Positions 47,289 through 55,100 of a DNA stretch of 55,100 nucleotides are shown here, one piece after another. This DNA comes from an uncultured archaeon (GTDB taxonomy: Archaea; Thermoplasmatota; Penumbrarchaeia; JASLWR01). A program made the translations under genes and the position numbers. Location: contig CAYSHM010000020.1 of NCBI GenBank assembly GCA_964430885.1, positions 1 through 55,100 on the forward strand, read 5' to 3'. Under the pieces are notes generated by a model. It saw nothing but the letters and a program-made list of their open reading frames with translations, was not told where the DNA came from and made no database searches. The first letter of the stretch is position 1; the number at the start of each line of letters is the position of its first letter.

Positions 47289-49055
47289 TTAGATTTCAAT
47301 ATATGGCTCAGCAATAGTCGAGATATTGATGATTCCCGAAACAGCGGCTTTTTCCAATATGTTATTGGTCATTGCCATGAGTCCAAATCCATGGTGATTG
47401 TACGGTGTATATATTTTTGTTTGAATATCATATTCTTTAAATTTCTTGATTAACCGATTCTGTGAAATGTTGAAAATATCTGGAGAATTGGCTCCCATGG
47501 AGTACATATACGGTCCTAATGACCAAACGTCTCCGCTAATCAACTTGGTATGATTGAATACACTGCCCATTGTAGCATTGATGACCAAGCATGTTTTTTC
47601 CTTTAATATTGGTGATGATGCGTGGGATATTATTATTCCCTGGTCATTCAACATCTTGGACATGTTAAAATAGAATTCACGGGTGTAATAAGAAGTTAGA
47701 TATGGATTGCGGGGTTCTAATCTGTCTATTATTATGCAATCAAAATTCCCTAGCATAGAAGCCGTGATATCTTCAGAGAGGCTGTTGTTATTCAAGAGTC
47801 GATCCAGCATCCATGCGGGACTGTTGATCACCTCGACCCTGCGATCACTGAAAGGGGACCTTTGCAGTTTAGAAAAATAATCCTTGGATACCTTTATCAA
47901 TCCTGCATCCTCTTCCATTATTATGACCTTCTCTATGGAGGAATATTTCAGCACTTCTGCCAAAGCTCCTCCGGCACCGCCTCCCACAATAAGTACATCC
48001 TTTGGCTCCTTCAAAGTCATCATGGGAACATGGACCAGTGGTTCATATAATTGGAAATGGTCCCTCTGGGAATAGACCACCTTCATATCAGTATATAGTG
48101 TGAGGTCCAACTCAGGGTGCTTTGATACCGCTATTTCATGGTAATGGTTCTTTTCATAATAAATTACAACACCTTCAAAACGCGACTGCTGCCCGCCGTA
48201 TTTTATCGGTGCTAGATTCACGAGAACAGTTGATAAAATGGTACCTATCACAAAGATGAAGATGAATATTGTTTTGTGCCTTTTTATCCAACTCATCCAG
48301 GCAAATCCCTGGGTCGTGCGTCCTTTCTTTGGGGACTCCTTTTTTTCCTTTGGTATGTCCACTAGAGTTTGGTCGTTATTTGTTCGTTTCATGCCCCCAA
48401 AGAAGCTGACAGCAACAACTGCAGTAAGAATAAGCAGAGAAAGCCCAATGACAAGTTCTAATTTATCCTTGCCTAATTTATCCAGAAGATAAATAGCGGT
48501 AATCGATCCACCGAGAGCAGATCCCAATGAATCAAGAGCGAAGACCATGCCTGCGGTACTGCCGATATCCCGATAAGCATCTGAATCTCTGATCAGAAGT
48601 TTAATACTTAATGGAATGACCCCTCCCATCAGAAGTGGTACAATAGTAATAGTTAATGATATTGTGATTAGTAGCCAAATGTAATGAGATATTTCACCCA
48701 TTAAGGGAATATCTGCTAGAAACATGCTCAGATCGGATGCGATATGGAATAGATTCCCGGTATAGATTATGATCAGACTGGTTACAATTCCTATTAGAAA
48801 AAATACATAGATCATCTGGGTGCTTTTTTTCTTTTTATCTGCCCAGAGCCCGAAGGGTATTGAAGAAAGGTAACCGAGTATGAAGGTGGATATTACCAAT
48901 CCCATAGCAATATTGGAAGATCCAATATACACAATGGCTTCCGCCTGGGCGATTATCTCATAGGCGAAGGAAACAAAACCGAACAAGAATAGAAGAGAAA
49001 GCACTACTAGCTTCCATTTCAGGGGCAGACTTCGTTCAGATCTTATTACTTCCAT
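47289..49055 (-). CDS. Membrane-fused spermidine-synthase-like protein with altered active site
   Basis: About 7 N-terminal TMs (FAYEII.., FALDSLGSALGG), LVHVPM, VLIVGGGAGG, FDCIIIDRLEP, YYTREFY. ATG 49055 lies 4 nt after the upstream stop (track start 49094). Confidence 0.85.
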   Translation of the reverse strand: MEVIRSERSLPLKWKLVVLSLLFLFGFVSFAYEIIAQAEAIVYIGSSNIAMGLVISTFILGYLSSIPFGLWADKKKKSTQMIYVFFLIGIVTSLIIIYTGNLFHIASDLSMFLADIPLMGEISHYIWLLITISLTITIVPLLMGGVIPLSIKLLIRDSDAYRDIGSTAGMVFALDSLGSALGGSITAIYLLDKLGKDKLELVIGLSLLILTAVVAVSFFGGMKRTNNDQTLVDIPKEKKESPKKGRTTQGFAWMSWIKRHKTIFIFIFVIGTILSTVLVNLAPIKYGGQQSRFEGVVIYYEKNHYHEIAVSKHPELDLTLYTDMKVVYSQRDHFQLYEPLVHVPMMTLKEPKDVLIVGGGAGGALAEVLKYSSIEKVIIMEEDAGLIKVSKDYFSKLQRSPFSDRRVEVINSPAWMLDRLLNNNSLSEDITASMLGNFDCIIIDRLEPRNPYLTSYYTREFYFNMSKMLNDQGIIISHASSPILKEKTCLVINATMGSVFNHTKLISGDVWSLGPYMYSMGANSPDIFNISQNRLIKKFKEYDIQTKIYTPYNHHGFGLMAMTNNILEKAAVSGIINISTIAEPYIEI

Positions 49056-49059
49056 CTGG

Positions 49060-50835
49060 TCACATCCAAGGATTTTGCAGTATTGGTCGGTCAAGTGTGG
49101 ATATTCTGGCTTTTTTCATTGCTTCGTCCATGAAAGGATTATCCGCAAGTAGAAAACTGCCCTTGTGTGTATATCCATTGTAATAAACAGTCTCAATTGT
49201 TCGGTTCGTTAACCTATTTTCTATCTCAGCTATCGTGATTTCGTTCCATTTTGATTTTTCACTTCCTATGGAGAAACTCCATGGTCCAAAGGTCCAAACA
49301 TTTGCTAGATAGAGCGATATGTTAGTGAATTCAGCATCAAGGGTCTTAATAATTGAGGCCGTGACCATTGGGTATTCATACCATGAAGCCGATTGAAGTG
49401 CAAAGATACCATTGGGTTTCAGAAGCCCTTGAATGTCGGAAAAAAACTCGCATGTATACAGCATTGCTACCGCTTCGGAATCCGGATCCGGAAGATCACC
49501 TATAACCACATCGAATCCATCTCCAGAATACTCCCTGGCAAATACCCTGCCGTCGGTGGTCAGCACCTTTACTTTAGGATGATCAAAACTACCATTGTTG
49601 ATGCTCTGCAAATATTTCTGTGAGATGTCTATAACCTCTCTATCCAATTCAATCAAAGTTATTTCCTCTACAATATCGTGCTTCAATATCTCCTCTAGGG
49701 TTCCTCCGTCTCCCCCTCCTATAATCAGGATGCTTTTTGGAGAATCATGGCTTATCAACGCGGGATGAACCAAGAACTCATGATACATCTCATCATCCAA
49801 TTCACTGATCTGCATTTGCCCGTCGAGATAAAGGGCAGTCCCGGCGACTGGAATTTCAGTTATCACAATTTCCTGATAACTAGTATCGGTTTGGAATAGT
49901 ATATTGCCTCCGTACATGTCGCTTAAGGGCCCCTGTTCGATATTTTTCATATTTATTGCTACTACAAAAACAATGATCAAGGCGAGAACCGGATAGAAAA
50001 CCATTTTTTTCCTATGTTTCATAGTCCTTTTTCTTTTACAATTTTTCTTTTTATTCCCTTTTTCATCATTGCTGGGGGCGGGATGTTGCTTATTGAAAGA
50101 CACAAGTAGGATCACACCTGCTAGAAGAGTCGTTAATGCAAGTACCACCGATGAATATAATCTGCCAATAAGAGGTATCAGCACTAAAGCAGTAAGGAAT
50201 CCACCCAATGCAGCACCAATACTATCAAATGCAAACACCCATCCAGATATCTGGCCGATAACACTGTAAACCTCATCTTGTTCCTTGTTGTCGTCATCAT
50301 TCTTTCCAATACTGCCTTTAGTGCTGTTTGCCAGTAATTTAATTGCAAAGGGGATTTCAGCCCCCATAATCACAGGGACTACCAAGGAGAACAATCCCAA
50401 TGTTAGAAGCAATACATAGTAATAATCAAGATAATAGAAAAATATCAGATAACTGAGATAATCTGCAATGAAAGGTGCATATCTGAGACACGGTACTATT
50501 ATCACAAGTAAAACACATATCAAACATTCAAGCATAAGCAATTTCGATACGATTTTTATCGGTTCTTGGTTCTTATCAACCCATTTTCCGAAGTAGAAGG
50601 AAGATAGGTAGCCGAGAATGAAGGTAGAGATTATCAAGCCCATAGCGGCGGAAGATGAACCAAGAATTATCACCATTGTCCTTTCCATTACAAGTTCGTA
50701 GCCAAAGGAGCATAATCCGGTGAGGAACATATAGAGGAGTATGATTCGGGGAAATTTTGATTCTTTCATCGAGAGAAAACGTCGGATCTCAGACCCTTTT
50801 TCTTTACCTTTTTTCTCAGACCCTCCTGGATTCAT
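49060..50835 (-). CDS. speE: Membrane-fused polyamine aminopropyltransferase (spermidine synthase)
   Basis: About 7 TMs, then SYQEI, LYLDGQMQ..DEMYHEFLVHP, IIGGGDGG, IELDREV, TDGR, GDLPDP, LYTCEFF. Confidence 0.9.
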   Translation of the reverse strand: MNPGGSEKKGKEKGSEIRRFLSMKESKFPRIILLYMFLTGLCSFGYELVMERTMVIILGSSSAAMGLIISTFILGYLSSFYFGKWVDKNQEPIKIVSKLLMLECLICVLLVIIVPCLRYAPFIADYLSYLIFFYYLDYYYVLLLTLGLFSLVVPVIMGAEIPFAIKLLANSTKGSIGKNDDDNKEQDEVYSVIGQISGWVFAFDSIGAALGGFLTALVLIPLIGRLYSSVVLALTTLLAGVILLVSFNKQHPAPSNDEKGNKKKNCKRKRTMKHRKKMVFYPVLALIIVFVVAINMKNIEQGPLSDMYGGNILFQTDTSYQEIVITEIPVAGTALYLDGQMQISELDDEMYHEFLVHPALISHDSPKSILIIGGGDGGTLEEILKHDIVEEITLIELDREVIDISQKYLQSINNGSFDHPKVKVLTTDGRVFAREYSGDGFDVVIGDLPDPDSEAVAMLYTCEFFSDIQGLLKPNGIFALQSASWYEYPMVTASIIKTLDAEFTNISLYLANVWTFGPWSFSIGSEKSKWNEITIAEIENRLTNRTIETVYYNGYTHKGSFLLADNPFMDEAMKKARISTLDRPILQNPWM

Positions 50836-50993
50836 TTTAACCCCTCTTTTTGATTTTGACTAGGCTACAGTCCATTTATGACTTTTTATACCGCAGTTAA
50901 TTCTTAATATCGATTCCAGTAGAAATCTCAATTATTCTTTATAATACCTTGTACTTGTGGTATTGTCAATAAAAAATAAAATGATTAACCTAA

Positions 50994-51596
50994 TCAGGTT
51001 TTTCTTCTACGGTTAGTGATGAGTATTATTAAAAAAATCAGAAGAATAACCCCCAATAGGATAAATATCAACGAATAACCAACCATTATTTTCTCCTCAG
51101 GATTAGGCTCCTCGAAATAGACCTTTTTCTCTTGATTTGAATAAACATATTCGATCATATATGGTTCATTTGTGGAATCGTCATCGAAGTAGAAAGTGGC
51201 GAAGGAGAGTGATATATTTAGGGATTCATTGAATTCTACTATTGTCTTTTGGGGCAGATGGGAGTAATTGGTTTTTGAACATGAGTACAATCTATCCTGT
51301 TCATCATAAATATTAAAATATTCACCTTTTATCGGCAGGCCTTGGAGACTAGTATGTATTCGTTCGTCAGGAAGATCACTTTCACCAGTGTTGGTCATGG
51401 AAATATTCACTACCAAGGAATTGCCATGGCGGGTATGATTATTTATGATTATATCAATTGCTCTATTGTCCCACCTTCCCACACTGTTCTTGACACAGCC
51501 GGTAGTGCACGTTGATGGCACAATTATGATGAGGGCGGTCACCCAAATAAGAAAGAAATCATTCCTCGCTTCTTTTCCTTCGATTTTTCTTTTCAT
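50994..51596 (-). CDS. Small surface protein, possible lipoprotein, with Ig-like domain and C-terminal TM
   Basis: Hydrophobic N-terminus plus TTGC, VNISMTNTGE Ig motif, C-terminal TM plus RRRK. Confidence 0.6.
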   Translation of the reverse strand: MKRKIEGKEARNDFFLIWVTALIIIVPSTCTTGCVKNSVGRWDNRAIDIIINNHTRHGNSLVVNISMTNTGESDLPDERIHTSLQGLPIKGEYFNIYDEQDRLYSCSKTNYSHLPQKTIVEFNESLNISLSFATFYFDDDSTNEPYMIEYVYSNQEKKVYFEEPNPEEKIMVGYSLIFILLGVILLIFLIILITNRRRKT

Positions 51597-51692
51597 TTTT
51601 GTCCCAAATATGGCTTTAGATCTTTAATGAATTTTTTTCAATCATTATATTTCAGGGTAATAATATCACTGGCTATGTTATAAATATTAAGG

Positions 51693-54600
51693 TCATTTAC
51701 TTTTCTTTTCGGTTTTGTATAGTGGTGCCAAAACCTCGATTCTTATTAATTTCGCCTTGCATCTTTCACATTTCTTAATTGCTTTACTGTAATCCCCTCT
51801 TTCCTTTAGATCTTCAATGTCCTCAAGAAGAGGCATTGTATCTTCAATATCAATATTTGCTGTGTTCAATCCTTTCATTCTGTTCATTATGTCAGATAGC
51901 TGTACCCTCAGTTCTTCATATTGATCCATAATCTCTTCAAATAATTCTTTTGACTGCCTCAGTGCCCTTTCGGCATTTCTAATATCGGTCATTTCTAGGA
52001 AATCCCTTCCCTTTTGAATTAGTTCTTTAATAGGATCCAGAATTATTCCCCGATCAATTTTTTCCTTCACCAGGGCTTCAAGATCAGACAGTCCTACCCG
52101 AATTTCATCCTCCTTGGTTCTGATCTGAAGGTCCTCTCTATCAATGATGTTAATCGCATTGTCTATGCAATACTGGATCTTCTCATTTGCTTTGATGTAA
52201 TTACTTCTTGTTATTAGCGATTCAGCCTGTATGATCTCATTGTAAAGTTCATCTACTGCCCATCCTTTGTCTCTGAGAAGTTCCAATATTTCCTTAGTTT
52301 TCTCGAGTACGCCTTCTATTCCAATGTCATTATCCAGGCCTGGGTCTGGAATTATTTTATAATGCATATTGGGAAAACGGGTCCTGACGCTCTCACTTAA
52401 AATTACAAGTTTTCCTGTGGGCAGGTCGTCCATTCTTACAAGTGATTCGTTTATGGGTATTATCTCTTCATTCTTCCCTTTATTATCCCATACTAGACTG
52501 TCTATGAATTCTTGATCTGAATCATCTTTGCTTTTTGATTGAAGCTTTTCATTTTTACTATCATCCACGATACGAGGTGTCCGTTTCTTCGAAGCTTTCA
52601 CTTCAATTTCAGCTTCTATTATTTTCTCTTCCTCCCTGGCGTCTATCAATTTTTCTTTTGTTACCGATGAATGAGGTTGAGAATCAATATATTTTTCATT
52701 CTTGTTTTCCTTCTCCAAGGAATTATGCGCCTCATCAAGATCATCGAATTTAGGGCTTTGGCCTAGAGCCGAGTCAATTTCCATTTCATAATCCTTGTGA
52801 CTGTCATCTTCTAGAAAGGTTTCATTTGTTTCATTTATTTGAACCTGGTTTTTTATTGTATATTCTTTTTCTTCTCCGTTTTTTTGTTGATTTCCATTTA
52901 TATCTGTGTCCGTTTTGCTGTCTGAAATAATCTCTTCTTTGAATAGATCAACATCCTTTTTGATACTGCTTGATATATCAAAGGACATAAGAATATCTCC
53001 ATTCGCCAGCATTTCCTTTGCCTCCTGAAGTTTTGTAAAGATATTTCCGGGATCCATACCCATATCTTTGATCTCCTGCTGTTTATATTTCAGGTTTAGC
53101 AATAAATCGGAAACAAATGTTTCTATGGTCTTCTCCATTTCTCTAACGATTTCTCTGGCTTCAAACAATTCATTTTTTTCTAAAAGGGAAGACAGCTTTT
53201 CAATCTGGGCAGCATAAATAATTTCTTCCTCTTGGAGTTTCATAGTTCTAATATATTCTTTAATTATTTCAAATCGGGAATCCAATTCTTCCATTTGCAG
53301 TTCCCGCTCTTCCAGTATTTCTGCAATATTTTCAAGTTTTTTTAGAAGTTTATTATAATGATGTTTCCCCAATAATTGAGCCAGTTCTTCATCTTGAATA
53401 ATAGTTTTTTCATCAATTTCAGAACCGAGATTTTCCTTCATATTCTTCAATACCTTGTTAACATATTCCTTAAATATGGAATGCCCCTGGGTCATCAAGG
53501 TCTGGCTAAGTTTTGAAGCGCCAATATGATCATCATTGACCTCGGAATTCACGAAATCGTCAAATATTTCGGAGAACTCATCACCTGCGATATTTAATGC
53601 CTTGAGCACTCCCATTAGCTCTTCCAGATGAGGTTTTGTTTCTGAACTGAATCTTTCAGATTCGGTCTTGATTGTTTCCAGTATTCTGTTGTAGATTTCT
53701 TCGACCATGAAAATGGATTCCTGATATTTTCCCTCCACAACAACTGATGAGATAATTGCCAATTCCGATTTGAATCCCTCGACATCTGATGGGTTCAAGA
53801 TTTTGATACCGCTGATATTGTTCAGTCTCTCAAGACTCCGTTCTATCTTCCAATTACAGTATTCACTGCGGATATAATCCTCGATTTTCAAGAGTTCGCC
53901 CTGGACAAGGTCAATGGTATCAATTGCGGATTGGTATTTATCCCTATGGTAATTGCTTCTGGCCCGGGCTAGAGCGGTTTCGAGTTCCTGAAAAATATTC
54001 TCTTCCTCCAAATAGGGCGGGGAACGGTCCTTAAGGTCCAGTAAGGTAAGCCGGAGCTGTTTTATCTTATCCCTGGCTTTTTGAGATGATCTCATGTCTA
54101 TGATAAGAGATTTACAATTATTAATGATCTCCAGAGCGCTTTTATAATCTCCGCGCAGAGCGGTTTCCTCTCCCAGATTGATGAGGTTCTCTATCTGTGA
54201 ATGATCCCCCAGGGAAGTCGTAAGAGTCTTTTGGTATTCCTCTTTGACATCCATCAGTTCTCTGGTGAAATCAATATAATGGACAAGAATGGAATCATAG
54301 ATTGAGGATAAATGTGATATGTATTGCTGGGCTAGGGGGATGTTCCCTCTATCTAACTCTTCCTGTGCGGATAGAAGCAGAACCTTGAGTTTATCAGTAT
54401 CAAAACCCAGTTCTTTAGCATTGCCCAGGGCGGGCTCTACCTTTTCAAGGAACTTATTGTTTTCCTTTTCAATTAGAACTTCCATTATGTCATAGATTTT
54501 TCGAATTCTTTCATAATATGCTTTCCAATTCTCAAAGAAAAGAGGCCGGTGTTTTTTCAGATCGTTGTATGCTTCTTCCATATCTTCATCAACAATCTCC

Positions 54601-54713
54601 ATGCCGCGGCAGATTTTCATCATATCGCCGAGATATTTCAATAATTTTATGCTGTCCCGCATAGCAATTGATACTTCACCAGACCTTATTTCTGTTTCAA
54701 TTTCTTCAGCCAT
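51693..54713 (-). CDS. Large acidic all-helical repeat protein
   Basis: Recurring A/G-x3-L-x2-G-[DN]-[YI]-x2-A turns, a central disordered acidic segment and no TM. ATG 54713 follows GGAG (track start TTG 54743). Confidence 0.7.
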   Translation of the reverse strand: MAEEIETEIRSGEVSIAMRDSIKLLKYLGDMMKICRGMEIVDEDMEEAYNDLKKHRPLFFENWKAYYERIRKIYDIMEVLIEKENNKFLEKVEPALGNAKELGFDTDKLKVLLLSAQEELDRGNIPLAQQYISHLSSIYDSILVHYIDFTRELMDVKEEYQKTLTTSLGDHSQIENLINLGEETALRGDYKSALEIINNCKSLIIDMRSSQKARDKIKQLRLTLLDLKDRSPPYLEEENIFQELETALARARSNYHRDKYQSAIDTIDLVQGELLKIEDYIRSEYCNWKIERSLERLNNISGIKILNPSDVEGFKSELAIISSVVVEGKYQESIFMVEEIYNRILETIKTESERFSSETKPHLEELMGVLKALNIAGDEFSEIFDDFVNSEVNDDHIGASKLSQTLMTQGHSIFKEYVNKVLKNMKENLGSEIDEKTIIQDEELAQLLGKHHYNKLLKKLENIAEILEERELQMEELDSRFEIIKEYIRTMKLQEEEIIYAAQIEKLSSLLEKNELFEAREIVREMEKTIETFVSDLLLNLKYKQQEIKDMGMDPGNIFTKLQEAKEMLANGDILMSFDISSSIKKDVDLFKEEIISDSKTDTDINGNQQKNGEEKEYTIKNQVQINETNETFLEDDSHKDYEMEIDSALGQSPKFDDLDEAHNSLEKENKNEKYIDSQPHSSVTKEKLIDAREEEKIIEAEIEVKASKKRTPRIVDDSKNEKLQSKSKDDSDQEFIDSLVWDNKGKNEEIIPINESLVRMDDLPTGKLVILSESVRTRFPNMHYKIIPDPGLDNDIGIEGVLEKTKEILELLRDKGWAVDELYNEIIQAESLITRSNYIKANEKIQYCIDNAINIIDREDLQIRTKEDEIRVGLSDLEALVKEKIDRGIILDPIKELIQKGRDFLEMTDIRNAERALRQSKELFEEIMDQYEELRVQLSDIMNRMKGLNTANIDIEDTMPLLEDIEDLKERGDYSKAIKKCERCKAKLIRIEVLAPLYKTEKKSK

Positions 54714-55100
54714 ATCAAAACTCCAGCTCTGTTCCATGTACAAATTTGGGTATCTTAACCTGACATTATCTTTCTAAACTTATTTGAGCTATGCCTGTGA
54801 TTGGCATATTCAAAAAGGTTCAGTTCGATGATTGGAAAGATATTATATAAAATATATTATCTCTTGGATGGTAAGGATTGTTAATATCAGGCTTTTTGAG
54901 AGAATATTTAATAGAAAAACCTATAATTTTGTATAGGGACATATTCAATTATTTAACTGCAGGGCAATATTTATTTTTAAAAGCACCCTTGAAGCTTAAA
55001 ATATATTAATATCTGATTTGTTTATATATGTCTGAAATATTTCTTTATGGACTGCACCCCGTTTAGTGGACAATATAAATAGCTTCATCAACAATGGAGG

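Noticed and set aside
51693-54713. SMC/Rad50 ATPase
   Set aside because: No Walker A/B, signature motif, hinge or zinc hook.
58-54777. Numerous short ORFs in the track antisense to or nested within long genes (e.g. 7980-8465, 20744-21391, 21388-22137, 28822-29376)
   Set aside because: They are shadows of well-supported genes, with no motifs or RBS of their own.
1-55100. CRISPR array, IS elements, rRNA, or Sec/Pyl read-through and programmed frameshifts
   Set aside because: No spaced direct repeats, transposase motifs or rRNA-like tracts were seen. The recognisable enzymes appear complete at their annotated stops, so recoding is not needed.

Overview
Archaeal chromosomal segment, most likely Thermoplasmatota (inferred from archaeal-type phosphopantothenate synthetase, a proteasome alpha subunit, a PGF-CTERM anchor, GGTGA ribosome-binding sites and a clostripain plus large surface proteins). 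It holds about 36 CDS, mostly on the minus strand, and one tRNA-Ser(TGA). I see no CRISPR array, integrase, transposase or rRNA. Housekeeping genes (ileS, oversized ppsA, agmatinase, CinA/PncC, PPS, MATE) are interspersed with large C-terminally anchored surface proteins and hydrolases. The most notable observations are: (1) a tandem pair of membrane-fused spermidine-synthase paralogues, one canonical and one with a rewired cofactor site (GGGDGG to GGGAGG), convergent with a kinase-less 7TM receptor; (2) bacterial-type acyl machinery in an archaeon, namely an Sfp-type phosphopantetheinyl transferase ending a surface-protein/clostripain operon and a PlsC-like acyltransferase; (3) a divergent stand-alone proteasome alpha paralogue; (4) a partial surface-protein gene at 1-943 missing from the ORF track. 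All family calls come from motif recognition by eye; no database searches were run.
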